Origin: Octopus bimaculoides | Lineage: Eukaryota | Reading direction: 5' to 3' | DNA length: 64,000 nt | NCBI RefSeq assembly: GCF_001194135.2 | Contig: NC_068989.1 | Location: 25,841,115-25,905,114, forward strand | In this document: positions 25,126-38,800 of the stretch, piece after piece | Position numbering within the stretch: the stretch's first letter is position 1 | Layout: the number at the start of each line of letters is the position of its first letter | Program-made: the position numbers and the translations under genes | The notes under the pieces: generated by a model | The model's input: the letters and a program-made list of their open reading frames with translations, nothing else | Databases searched by the model: none | Told to the model about the DNA's origin: nothing

Positions 25126-25529
25126 GAGAGAGAGTGAGAGAGATAGAGTTAGAGAGATAGCGGTGGAGGAAGCTAGATTAGGTAGTCGTCTGTGTTTAAT
25201 ATGAATCTCACCTCAGAACATCTATGCATGTGACGGATGGAACATCTGCTAGTGTAAAACAGGACGATAATTATGATTGATTAATAGTTTCTTCTTCTTT
25301 TGCTCTCTTTGCAATGTCAATTTATAGTTGACTCAGAGAAACTGTGCACACCTATATGCATGTGTGTGTACGTGTGTTTGTGTGTGTATGCGTGTGTTTG
25401 CGCGTGTGTGTGTGTGTATGTGTGTGTATGCGTGTGTTAGCGTGTGTGTGTGTTTGTGTGTTTGTGTTTATATATATTGTAATACTTAGGGATGGTTATA
25501 TTTTGTCAATTAAATGCACGAACTATATA

Positions 25530-26680
25530 TTTAGTTGTTTCACATGAAATGTCGCATTTTTAATTGCTATTTCAGTCATTTAAAAACTCGGTTATGACCA
25601 TTTTCTTTCCAAATAATATAAGTATACAAATTTCGTTCCCACAGACATTATGAAAATGATAACAACTAAACCATCTCGAATGATTTTCTAGTTTTAGTAC
25701 AAACTGCATCACTCTGCCGCAGAAGCTCTACGGAATACCAAGCGGGCCTTTGGTTGACATCAAAACTCTTCAGAGTTGGTTCCAAAGCTCTCGTTCATGA
25801 AACGATAGCCTTGAAAATAAACTAAGGGGTAGGCCAAAATCAGTTATGCGACATGATGGATTAAATACTTTGGTTGAACAAGATCCGAGAACAAACGTTC
25901 GAAAACTTTCATCAGAACTCAAAACATCTCGCACAACTGTTTTTGTACACCTGTAAAATGTTGAAAAAAAGGAAACAGACGCCTCTAAGTGTACTCCGTA
26001 TTGTTTTCTCGATGGAAAAAGGGCATTTTTGCATGAAATTATTATTTGTGATGAGAAATGGATACTCTTTGGAAACAGCAGGAGAACAGGACAGCGATTG
26101 ATTAGATGTAGGATAATCACCTAAGCAAAACTCAAAGCACACATTGCAGCCCAAAAAGTTAGTGGTCACTGTATGCAGGTCTTCAAAGAGAATAACTATT
26201 CATTATTCACCTTTGCAACACGGAAAAACGATAGGAGCAACATCGTATTGCCAGGAAATTGATTGTATGCATGTGAACTTGAAAGAGAAGCAACCCAGAC
26301 TAGTGAATAAAGATGGCCCAATTTTGCTCCACAAAAATGCACATCCTCACACTCCTCAAGCTACGGTCCAAAAGTTGAAAAGCCTGAATTATGAGATATT
26401 GCAACATCTTTCCTATTCCCCTGGTACTCCCCTACTCATCATCACTTATTTAAACATTTTGAGCTTTTCATAAGAAATAAACCATTCTTAGCATTCGAAC
26501 AGTTTATCACAACCAAAGATGATTTTTTTTTAAAGATGGAATATATGACGTAGAGAAGCATTGGGTAAATGTTATAACTGAACATGGATCGTACTTTGAT
26601 TAAATAAATCAGTTCTCTAACACTTCTCAAAGATTTTATTGTTACCTTTCAAATATGACATTTCATGTGAAACAGCCTAA
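25530..26680 (+). mobile_element. mariner (Tc1/mariner, DD34D type) transposon, near full length, disrupted transposase
   Basis: TIRs tttagttgtttcacatgaaatgtc (from 25530) and gacatttcatgtgaaacagcctaa (to 26680), each flanked by TA. Transposase motifs IIICDEKWIL, LQHGKTIGATSYCQEI and PILLHKNAHPH. Confidence 0.92.
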
Positions 26681-27992
26681 TAGTTGGTCTTTATTTCAGC
26701 TTTATTATTAAAATTGTATTTTCTTTGTCGAAGCTCTTTGGTCACACATCATGTTTCCTCTTCAGCAACTCATTATCTCACATGTCTCCTCTTGACCTGC
26801 TTATTTCATTTTTGGAATTCACAGAACAACGACTAGCTCTGCTGTTAAACAAATAGGAGCCTCTCCCAAATTACTGTAGTGCATAATTTTAAGCTAATAA
26901 CAGAATTCTTTACTTGGAACCCGGAAAACCTAATAAAACTAATGTAAACAGAAACAATAATAATAACTATGATTCTAGCGGGATAATGAGCATCTATCTG
27001 GATTTTGAATTCGAAATCACACTGACTGATAGAAGTACACATGTTAACGTAGTCCAATAATTGAATATTTTATTTTGTTCGATTTTAACGAATTCACATT
27101 AAACTTCAAAGGTATAGGGTTCTTTGTGAACTGAGACAAAATATTATTTGAATTTCAACTTTATTCATGTCAATTAATACTACACATCTAATTTTCAAAA
27201 AAGTATAACATTTTGCTATTATGAACTGATCTGATCATCCAAATTGAAACGATATTTATTTCCTCGTTTTTCCGATTCCTTTCACATATGTCCATTTATC
27301 TTATATGGTATCATATTATCTATTTATGAGTTTAGAAAAATGTGAACGTTAGTTGATCTAATTAATGATTTCCTTCACTACTGAGTGTATAAAATATCTG
27401 TTCCCTTAATATCTAAAAAAAAGTTATTCTAATTTAGGTGATACCAGAACTATAGTCGTGTCTTATTTCAGCACAAACTCTACTGTCATGTATCCTAGGA
27501 TTTTATGATTCCTCACCTAGCATATATTTTAAGTAGGTCTATCTTATACTTAAAGGCTCAATTCGACTCACCCACCCGTATGGATAGAACTTTGAAAAAA
27601 AAACTGCATAGAAATGTCTAGTTTGGATGGATATGTACTAAGATAGAATCAGCTAGATGCACATACATGCTACATCAGAGGATACTAGAACATTTATCGA
27701 GAGAAACATGTGTCGGACTGGAATTTAATGAGAATAATACTGTAATGAATATAATTTGAAGATGAATAATGCCCAATATTCCTTTATGATGTCCTGATTA
27801 TGTACTCTGTATGCTGTATGAAGTCCACTGAAAAGAATTTAAAATTTACCTATCAGGTGAAGTACCGTTCAGTTATTTATTTTGAACAATTTTGAATGTT
27901 TCCTTCAATTTAATGTGGTTAGCCAGATCTGAATTATATCAGAGTGCTAGGAAGTTACAAGCCCGAATTCCAAATTTCTATCCCTTTACGTT

Positions 27993-28049
<57 letters not shown>

Positions 28050-28749
28050 CACACACACACACTCTCTCTCTCTCTCATGCGCGCGCGCGCAAGAACGCGT
28101 GCGCACACGCACACATAAACACAAGTTCCATAATTGAAAATGAATTCAGCAAGTTTACTTGCCTTATAATAGTCATAATAATATCAAAATTATCATTTAT
28201 TCATAAGTTACATTATATGAAAGTAAATATATTATACGTTGTCATATGTGGCATGAGGAACAAATGTGTAGTGATGGATTGAACAAGTATCAAAATCCTG
28301 GAAACTAATCAATAATAAATCGAGATACATGGAAGGAAGCAAGAAGTATGATAAATATTACAGAAATATTAAATATCAAAATAGGAAATATCTTGGTAAC
28401 GTCCACGAATATTGCCATACTAAACCTGACACCGTCAACACCACAGGGAACCACAAATTAGACTAGATGTGTACGTTATACCACACACATAGAGACACAT
28501 CATGGTAGATTCAAATGTTAGAAGTCATTAATATTGAAAGACTACCTTGAGGATAACATCTTCTCTATATAATTAAAAAAAGAATCTCAGTAAACAGATA
28601 TACAAAGCCTTTTAATCCAACCAACAACTCTTTCGTTATACAGCGCAGCTGATAGACACACATGGGGTACAATAAAAATCAATGGGGGAGTTATTTATAG
28701 AAACAGTTTAGAAATTTGACAATATTTAGTTACTATTTTGGACTCACTG

Positions 28750-29075
28750 GGGGCGCAATGGCCCAGTGGTTAGGGCAGCAGACTCGCGGTCATAGGATCA
28801 CGGTTTCGATTCCCAGACCAGGCGTTCTGAGTGTTTATTGAGCGAAAACACCTAAAGCTCCATGTGGCTCCGGCAGGGGATGGTGGCGAACCTTGCTGTA
28901 CTCTTCCACCACAACTTTCCTTCACTCTTACTTCCTGTTTCTGTTGTGCCTGTAATTCAAATGGTCAGCCTTGTCAAACTGTGTCACGCTGAATGTCCCC
29001 GAGAACTACGTTAAGGGTACACGTATCTGTGGAGTGCTCAGACATTTGCACGTTAATTTCACGAGCAGGCTGTTC
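28750..29075 (+). mobile_element. Family-3 tRNA-derived SINE running into an N-gap
   Basis: ggcgcaatggcccagtggttagggcagcagactcgcggtcataggatcacggtttcgattcc head; body matches the reverse complement of 34590-34970. Confidence 0.9.
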
Positions 29076-29541
29076 NNNNNNNNNNNNNNNNNNNNNNNNN
29101 NNNNNNNNNNNNNNNNNNNNNNNNNNNNNNNNNNNNNNNNNNNNNNNNNNNNNNNNNNNNNNNNNNNNNNNNNNNNNNNNNNNNNNNNNNNNNNNNNNNN
29201 NNNNNNNNNNNNNNNNNNNNNNNNNNNNNNNNNNNNNNNNNNNNNNNNNNNNNNNNNNNNNNNNNNNNNNNNNNNNNNNNNNNNNNNNNNNNNNNNNNNN
29301 NNNNNNNNNNNNNNNNNNNNNNNNNNNNNNNNNNNNNNNNNNNNNNNNNNNNNNNNNNNNNNNNNNNNNNNNNNNNNNNNNNNNNNNNNNNNNNNNNNNN
29401 NNNNNNNNNNNNNNNNNNNNNNNNNNNNNNNNNNNNNNNNNNNNNNNNNNNNNNNNNNNNNNNNNNNNNNNNNNNNNNNNNNNNNNNNNNNNNNNNNNNN
29501 NNNNNNNNNNNNNNNNNNNNNNNNNNNNNNNNNNNNNNNNN

Positions 29542-29573
<32 letters not shown>

Positions 29574-30332
29574 TGTGTGCATGTATGACGTATGCATGTA
29601 GCATGTATGACGTATGTTTGTCCTCATTTAGCAACCGACATCGGTTAATTTACTTCCCCTTAACGTAGCGTTTATAGAGCAATTATGAAACTTAAAATAT
29701 TAATATTACTACTGTTTTCGTTTTTTATCGACTAAACGTTCAAGGCGGTACCTTACGGAATCCTGGCAATGGAATGGCTGAGACAAAATTATATTCATAC
29801 ATACACACGAATATACATATACTATATATGTGTCTATAAATATACATATATATATATAAAGATGTGTGTGCATATATATTATATATATATATATATATAT
29901 ATGTAGATATTTATACAAGACATACACACTTCACGTCTGGCTGTACAACCTTTTTGTTTGTTCATATCACCGTTTCGTTTTCCTGTCTTGTTTTTCGTCC
30001 GCCACTACCCTCCACGAAAACAATTTAATTTGTGTTCGTGGGAAGAACCATTTTAACGATGCGTACTGCCTTAATTCTTCGAAACGCCGGAGTTTTAATG
30101 GTGGCAGCTGATGAAAGGGATGTTTCTATGTGGCCTGTTTGTTTGTTGCACCTTGTTTACCATTTTGTCCTTGTTCTTTTGCCACGTCATGTACCCAGTT
30201 ATGTATCTATATGTACATGTGGATGAACGTATATACATACATGTACATATATATGCATATACTCATATATTGTTTATATATATATATATNNNNNNNNNNN
30301 NNNNNNNNNNNNNNNNNNNNNNNNNNNNNNNN

Positions 30333-30363
<31 letters not shown>

Positions 30364-30364
30364 A

Positions 30365-30458
<94 letters not shown>

Positions 30459-30509
30459 ATACATACATACATATATATATATACATATATATATATATTA
30501 TACACACAC

Positions 30510-30579
<70 letters not shown>

Positions 30580-33189
30580 TATACATACATACATATATAT
30601 ATATATAAATATATAGATATAAATATATGTATAAATGTGTGTGTGTGTGTGTATGTGTGTGTGTGTATGTATGTGTAAATATATATGCGCGCGCGTGTTC
30701 TTGAAATCTATTCTCTATGTATCTCTGTATCTATCAAACTATTAATTATTATTATCATTATTCCTCTAACACAAAATGTAGAAATATTTCTGCTATATAT
30801 AGTGAGACTTTCTATCGTAATTTGAAATTCTATATCTGTACATCTGCCATTCTCTTAAAGCATTAACGTATCTAGAAAAGAATTATGCGTCAAAACGATC
30901 GAATCTGTATGATATTTACCCTTCAAAAGTTCGACCCAATACATTTTCTGCTTAAGATTTCTTTCACAGACATTTTTGTGTTCAGTTTTCTTTTGCTCAT
31001 TTTCAATGCATTCTTTTAATCTTATTTTGTTTCACGTATACACTCTATATTATCTATCAATAAAAGGGCGATCAATAATCAAATCGTTAACATTTATATA
31101 TTTTTTTTTCTTGTTTATATTTTCTTGGTTTTCCTCACCGCAGGATTTTAGGTAACCACCATTCTATATAATATGTCACGAATTATTCTAGATTATCATC
31201 CGTTTAGCAGATGCAGAAATTGCTTTCAACATTGCTTTTTATGCTTTTCTATTTTCTTTCGATATATTTTTGTTATCATTAATTCATTCCATTATATTAT
31301 GTATTATTGTTTTCTCCTTTCACATGTCCACATCAATAATATATTCTATTTTCACATCCGTTCTTTTGCTTATATCAAGTCAAGTTACTGGAAATATAAT
31401 ATAAATAACAAAATGACTGTTTCCATCAATAATATAAAGACCCTAAGCATTGACGTTTTCCTTTATTGGAGTAACTTCTATTATATCCAGTATACTTCAG
31501 AGCATTGTATGTCTCAGCAGAGTATACTTATTCATGGTATATCGTTTTTTGTTTTATAACAGTCGCCATCTTGCATAGTGGAATCTAAAGGCTGTCACGG
31601 TGAAATTTGCTCTGAAACTTTTATTTTTTTGCTGTCTAATATAAATACGAATATTATATCAGTGGCGTTTCTATTTTAGTATTCCCTAACTGACAATGAA
31701 TTGGAAATTGGATTTAAACGTAAAATGATATCGCTACTGCTGCATTCCATGTAACATCTATATATTGAGTAAAGGTGTACATGTGCGTTTTTGTTGTATT
31801 TCTTCTTTTTGTTTAACTCCGCATGGATTCTGATCAATGTGACTATAATGCTATACTTTCGGGCTGTGGCCACTTTTTTTCACTTTGTACTTCAGAGAAA
31901 ATCCCTATTTTCCATGATTAGATACATTTTTTTGTAATAGTTAAGCTCTGGGATGAAGCCAATTTGGTTCCTATATGTAAAATGTCGATCAACCATTTAC
32001 TGGTTCCTAATTACTTATTATCACAAAGCGGTTAATCTTACTAGCTCATTCTTTGAATTTTGCAAAGAAATATCAATTATCAGACTGTAAAGGCAAACCT
32101 GGAAATGACAGTAATTTATTGCTCAGAATGCGATAGAAACATATAGCACTTTCTTCACGTCAGTAGCAAAAAAGACGTACACAGCATAGGAATTACGGTG
32201 CACCATAGGACTATTAATGAGGTATCAAGTATCTGTACTATAGAAAATGATGCATTTCTAACAAATACCACGTAATACAAAATAATCGACAGTATATCAT
32301 TTCATTAGTAATTTTAATATTTGAATTACCTGTAAGTTAATAGTGAGGACGAGAGTAAGTTTTCAGCGCCTTTTCACAGATATTAGTAAACTTCTGTAAC
32401 CGCCATAGCTGATCAAGTTAAGTATTTACCTTATTTTTATTTTTATTTACCAATTTAACATTCGTGAAAATAATGTTGCTGAAATACCCATAAAATAATC
32501 TTGATCAAAGTATATCAATCATGTATGTGTTGCTTACGTCAATTTCACTATATGTAACCTCAAAACAATTATGTATGAATTAGCCATAACTAACGAGTGA
32601 TGACAAACTGTGAAATCTTCTTACTTCAATGGTTAATAAGGCTAAAAGCCGTGTAAGATGCTTTAATATTCTTAATGTTTTATGTATAGCCTAATATATT
32701 ATTGAAAAAAAAAAGGCAAAAGAGAATAACAACACAAAATGTAAGTACTAATTAGAGAACAACAAAATGCACCATGGAAACACTGTTGGTAAAATGTGAA
32801 GGATGATGTTGAGATGACGTTTTGTTCGAAGCAGTAAATGAAATTCTATCAATTACATTGCGAAATATAAACAAAATATGGAACTAGATTTACCAAATGA
32901 AAGAACACTTGTACGTGATAGTAGCATTTCAGTCCTCCAAGATAAAATATAGAGAACAGGAAAAATATGGCTCCGTTGTCTGCGAATAATTTCGACCTGT
33001 TTTGAATGTTGTGAAACATGAAGCTGACAAGTCGTATATGACAAATGTATTTCTTCAGAAAAATTAGTTCATGGCATTGAGTAGAGGAAAATACAGGAGG
33101 ATCAGTTAATCATGATTTTTTTCAACATATTACCCTCTCAGATGATTCACACACTTATTTTAGCAGTCCTCCATATTTTGTAAACCCTG

Positions 33190-35850
33190 AAACAGAACCC
33201 AGAAGTTTGGGCCTCCAACGAGATATATCGCGACACCCTTAAATCCAGGAAGTTTTCATCACCCCCACGTAAAGAATGTGACATTAGATTTGACACATAT
33301 AGGTGATCTGTGATGCAACAGCTTGTAGGTAGCATTTTCGCGCACAAACAGGAAAGAATCCACAGATAATTTCTCCTTTGTCAATCGTTCCAGAGTAGCT
33401 CGATGGTCCTTATGTTGACCCGTCAATAAATATGAATAAATATCTCAACAATAATTCATTTGTGTGAAAGTTATAGATTAACCATCCGAAGTATTCACAT
33501 GAAGAATGCCATTTCATGCACAGTGATCTGAAGGAGTACGTGAAAAAACACTGCTGTTAACAGTATACAATTGAAATGAATCTGTCAAGTGAGTTTAGAA
33601 TGGGTAGCATCAGACCAGAGAAAGGATTGTTGTTGCATAAGAACAAACGACAGAACGACAAGTAGGAGGAAATTTTAACAAAATTGCACCAAACGATATC
33701 CTCGAGTCTTTCTTCGAACCCTCTGACTGATAATGAGTGATACCATCATTAGAGTGGCGGGCACCCGAAATTCGAAAGCAAGAGAGGAACATCAACAATC
33801 TAACAAATATATCAATATTTCTTACACAGAAATTGTTGTACAAACTCCTAAAAGTACAAATCAGTTTAGAGCACTGCAACACCGACAGAACATGAGCAGT
33901 AGTATACTTTCTATGTTTACTGAGAAGAAGCGTAATGATTGCAAACATTGTCTGGTAGGTAGTCACATTTCCAGCAATGAATCAATTTGGAGAATTTAAA
34001 AAATTCTCATCGATCAACGTTACCGAACACTGGTCAACTAAACTGTCCCTCTGGTTGATAACGACTGAGTAGATATATTACTTAGATCATAGCTCGTTAA
34101 TCTCATAGCACTGCCCTCCTCTATATTTGCTTGAATTGAATGAATCATTCAGCAGAAGAACGAACACGTCAATGTAAACTATTGTACACAATGAAATTGC
34201 CTATGTCAACAACACACAATTTTTGCTTTCAGTTACTTCTCTACATTAGACAAAGAGCTACGTCATTTGGGGATCTTGCGTCTTTGCGGGGACAAATAAA
34301 CAACCTATTAAGAGGGGTCTATTTTTTAGATTCCTGCGTGAAAATGTATATTCGTAACAAATTTTACAAGAAACAGAATCACTGGCACAGTACCTTACAA
34401 AAGACAGTTAATACCATTATCCTTGTCATATGTAGAAGTGACGTACTCTCAAGAACCTATTATATAATGACAAAAAAATATCAACAGGCAATCTAATCCA
34501 AGAGAAATGAAAATTGAAAATTTGTATGTGAGAATTATTCAAACCCTATACATTAAAACTCTCGACCACATATTCTGTTCCATTTTGGTTGTTGGCACTC
34601 CGTCGCTTACGACGTCGAGGGTTCCAGTTGATCCAATCAACGGAACAGCCTGCTCGTGAAATTAACGTGCAAGTGGCTGAGGACTCCACAGACACGTGTA
34701 CCCTTAACGTAGTTCTCGGGGATATTCAGTGTGACACACAGTGTGACAAGGCTGCGCCTTTGAATTACAGGCACAACAGAAACAGGAAGTAAGAGTGAGA
34801 GAAAGTTGTGGTGAAAGAGTACAGCAGGGTTCGCCACCATCCCCTGGCGGAGCCTCGTGGAGATTTAGGTGTTTTCGCTCAATAAACACTTATAACGCCC
34901 GGTCTGGGAATCGAAACCACGATCCTACGACCGCGAGTCCGCTGCGCTAACCACTGGGCCATTGCGCCTCCACTCCGTTTTGGTACTGACGAGCAGATTA
35001 ACATTTTTTTTTAAATATCGCATTGACTGAATAGATATTTGTCGAAAAACCTCTTATCTATCTTTTTCCTCACCTTCCATGATTAAGATTTACCACCCGT
35101 ATACAACTATGTTTGAGTGCTAATGTAGCTGTTGTTATGTGTTCCATGTCTAGGAACTAAAACTCAGAAGCAAAATTTGAGAAAGTATTAATTACAACCA
35201 AATTCAAATGCCGTTCAGAGATATCATTGTATCATACAGGAACATATTACTAAAGTTTCCAAAGTGTTCACATCACATTATCTGATACCAAATCTTAGCA
35301 TGGAAGGTGTGGCAGTGAAAGAAATTAACGCAAGGTCACTGGCATATTCCCTGAGAGAAATACTGCACACCAAGAGACAATCACTTTACTAGAGGTAGCT
35401 GGAGAATGTCAAATCAAATTTTCTAAAAGGAGTTACCGGTAGGAAGCCGTCCACACAATCTAATGCATAAGTTTGAAACCTCAATTTTGCTACATTGCAA
35501 ATTCTATCCTCCAAACTTTTGCAATGCTACCAAAGTCTCCGTAGAACATTCATACTTCATGTTATGTAGATCGGGCTTGTGCCAAGTAAATTTCCTTTTG
35601 TGTGTTGTTTCATTCATAAAAGTATCACTGAAGCCAATTGATATCCAAAGTGAAATTCAGATTCCAGTTTCCACAAAATTTCTGAAAGTCATCAACAAAT
35701 CTAAAGAGTATGAATGCATGTTACTAAAATGTTCTTTGGAGATCCTCCATTTTAGCACATGTCTAATTACATGTTATTACTTCAGAGATTATGATTTCCA
35801 ATATTCTCTTCCTTATTGTAGCATACTACTAAGCCAAGGATATTCATTCC
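33190..35850 (+). mobile_element. Decayed autonomous Helitron (Rep plus PIF1-like helicase), internally deleted and interrupted by a SINE
   Basis: Frame-shifted motifs in the canonical order: NCTKRYPRVF (~33682), KVQISLEHCN (HINVEYCN-like), HISSNESIWRI (~33964; RYISSNEAVWRI-like), FQLLLYIRQRATSFGDL, NHWHSTL, then LLHCKFYPPNFCNATKV (LLRNLxPPxLCNGTRL-like), QIPV...VINKSK (QFPV...TINKSQG-like) and FSHVxLHV (FSHGQLYV-like). Confidence 0.85.
34590..34970 (-). mobile_element. Family-3 tRNA-derived SINE, full length, inserted in the Helitron remnant
   Basis: Complete head-to-tail copy. Probable 11-bp TSD with one mismatch: tccattttggt (34579-34589) and tccgttttggt (34974-34984). Confidence 0.9.
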
Positions 35851-35948
35851 GAAAATTTGAAAGGAACAAAACAGTTAACAAATTAGCAAAAAATTTTCAA
35901 CATTACCGAGTAACTCAGATTGACATTTTTCATATGAATGTGCATGTA

Positions 35949-36051
<103 letters not shown>

Positions 36052-36127
36052 ACATGCATGTATCAAAGTAGGCATGTGAATATCTACATATATATCTATT
36101 CGTCCATTCATGCATTTATATATACAT

Positions 36128-36162
<35 letters not shown>

Positions 36163-36397
36163 GACAGACACATATATATATATATATGGAGAGAAAGACA
36201 AACAGATACACAGAAGACAGAAACATTACGTGGGAAAATGAGTATCTGAATGTAAAATATATTTGTTATCAGATATCCGAGATTTTGGAATGCATTATCT
36301 GAGATGCCATTAAAACAACAAAATTACTCTGAATGAAAAGAATATGTATGCATGCCTACATTATCTCTCTCTTTCCCTATCTATTTGTCAATGTATA

Positions 36398-36574
36398 GGC
36401 ACCGGAGCGGTTGTGTAGTAATTGTCTTGCTTAACAACAGCATTGTTCCGGGTTCATTCCCACTGCGTGGCACCTCGGGCATGTGTCTTCTACTATAGCC
36501 TAGGGCCGACCAAAGCCTTGTGAGTTAGTATGTTAGACAGAAACCGAAAGAAGCCCGTCGTATATATGTATATT

Positions 36575-36634
<60 letters not shown>

Positions 36635-36850
36635 TCTGTGTTTCCCCCACCCCCGAACATCGCTTGACAAGCGATGGTTGTGTGTTTACGTCCCCGTAGC
36701 TTAGCGGTTAGGCAAAGGGGACCGATGGAGTTAGTACTAGGCTTACAAACAATAAGTCCTGCGGGCGATTTGCTCGACTAAGGACGGTGTTCCAGCATGG
36801 CCGCAGTCAAATGTCTGAAACAAGTAAAAGAGTAAAAGAGAAAAGAGGGA
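36398..36850 (+). mobile_element. Family-1 tRNA/CORE-like SINE, full length, with an internal (TG)n
   Basis: tRNA-like head, CORE-like segment, internal microsatellite, 3' domain and (aaagagt)n tail. Confidence 0.9.
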
Positions 36851-36949
36851 TTATCTATTTCTTTGTACGTGTGTTAATGCGTGTATCTGTGTGTCTGTAT
36901 GTGTGCGTGTGTGTGCGTGTGTGAAGGCATGTGTTAGTTTGTGTGACTG

Positions 36950-38160
36950 GAGCTTAATGTGAGAAATTGGAAATTGAGTGAAAGGCTGTAGAGGATGTGC
37001 CTTAGCAGCAAAGTTATCGACGATAAAAAGTGAACCTTGGCCAAAGGTAGATGTTCTGTGCTGAAGATTACACCTCGATTTCGCTGGTCCCTTAAACGGT
37101 TCATACAACTTAGTGGTAGCGGATAGTTTCTCTAAATGGCCAGAAATCGGTAAGTGTAAAAATCCAACCTCTTCAACTGTAACAAACTTTCTACATGTGC
37201 TCTTTGCGAGATTTGGCGTTCCAGACGTGATAACGTCTGGCAATGGAACGGAGTGAGTGACATTTGTATTTAAGAAGTTTTGTAAAATGTTTGCTGTAGA
37301 ACATGTAACTACGGTACCAAGCATCCTACATCTAACATAGAAGCAAAACGCTTTATCGATACATTAAAAAGAATACTAAGAATGTCGAATAAGGAAGTCA
37401 CGGATGAGGTAGCTCTACAAAAATTCTTAAGTGTATACCGTTTGAAACCAAATCCAAATACACCAGCAGGTATGTTACCAGCGGAGCTCATGTCTGCGAG
37501 GAAAATAAAGCCAGTCTTCGAGAAATTGCTACTTCGTAAGGAAAGAAAAATTACAATGCATAATACGGCAAAATATTTCAAAATTGATGAAAATGCATTT
37601 GTTAGGGCATATAACAAAGTTGGGAAGATGGCGTAATTACCAAACGCATATGAAAACTGCAATATTTGGTAAAAGGAAGAAATGGGGTATATAAGAGACA
37701 CATGAACCAATTAAAATACAAGATTCGTTGAGGGTGATCCCAAGAGAATGGTAGAACCGATTTAATGGTTATATGATACTTTTCAAGTATCAATGCCATT
37801 ACATATAATGGAACAAGCGAAAGATGAATATGTACAGAGTTCCTGGAAGTGGAGGCCGAACTAAAAAATAATTTTAAGATGTAACTGTATGAAAAAGAAA
37901 CTCAAAAAAGTGAGGCGGGGGGTGTAAAAATTATTACCGATAAAAAAATAAAATTACACTCTCTAGAAAAAAAGAAAAAAAACTAAAAAGGATGTTATGG
38001 GGATAATAGTAATAATGGAACACCCCTCCCACGTAACGAATGGTATGTGATGTCCTTATAAATGCTATGAGTAGTGTCTGTCGAAGAGTCGGTCATAGAG
38101 AGATAGTCGTGTCTTACTTGTCTAACTATACTGCTATAATGCCGTTATAAGAGTTCAACA
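36950..38160 (+). mobile_element. Ty3/gypsy LTR retrotransposon 3' part (integrase and 3' LTR), degenerate
   Basis: RLHLDFAGPLNG...VVADSFSKWPE...FARFGVPDVITSGNGT integrase core, then LQKFLSVYRLKPNPNTP...PAELMSARKI. Confidence 0.9.
37993..38160 (+). repeat. Probable 3' LTR (168 bp, TGTT...AACA) preceded by a purine tract
   Basis: aaaaagga|tgttatgggg ... gagttcaaca. Internal TATAAA-like motif. No 5' LTR is present in the window for comparison. Confidence 0.65.
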
Positions 38161-38748
38161 GAGGATTACATAGTGCATATATATATATATANNNNNNNNN
38201 NNNNNNNNNNNNNNNNNNNNNNNNNNNNNNNNNNNNNNNNNNNNNNNNNNNNNNNNNNNNNNNNNNNNNNNNNNNNNNNNNNNNNNNNNNNNNNNNNNNN
38301 NNNNNNNNNNNNNNNNNNNNNNNNNNNNNNNNNNNNNNNNNNNNNNNNNNNNNNNNNNNNNNNNNNNNNNNNNNNNNNNNNNNNNNNNNNNNNNNNNNNN
38401 NNNNNNNNNNNNNNNNNNNNNNNNNNNNNNNNNNNNNNNNNNNNNNNNNNNNNNNNNNNNNNNNNNNNNNNNNNNNNNNNNNNNNNNNNNNNNNNNNNNN
38501 NNNNNNNNNNNNNNNNNNNNNNNNNNNNNNNNNNNNNNNNNNNNNNNNNNNNNNNNNNNNNNNNNNNNNNNNNNNNNNNNNNNNNNNNNNNNNNNNNNNN
38601 NNNNNNNNNNNNNNNNTGTATATGCACAAATACACACACACGCGTACACACACAAACACGCACACATATATAGGCATTGATGCATATGTGTATTTATATA
38701 AAATAGAAATGCATGTATATCTGAAAATATGTATTAGTGTATGTGTGC

Positions 38749-38800
<52 letters not shown>

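Noticed and set aside
28290-28680. GPCR-like hydrophobic translation on the minus strand
   Set aside because: There are many stops and no DRY or NPxxY motif. The similarity is superficial.
28750-28822. tRNA gene (also the similar heads at 3069, 12371, 22020, 34900, 36398 and 43200)
   Set aside because: The A/B boxes continue into shared SINE bodies, so these are SINE heads rather than tRNA genes.
31173-31559. 128-aa hydrophobic ORF
   Set aside because: T-rich low-complexity sequence with no splice signals or motifs to support it. Expected by chance.
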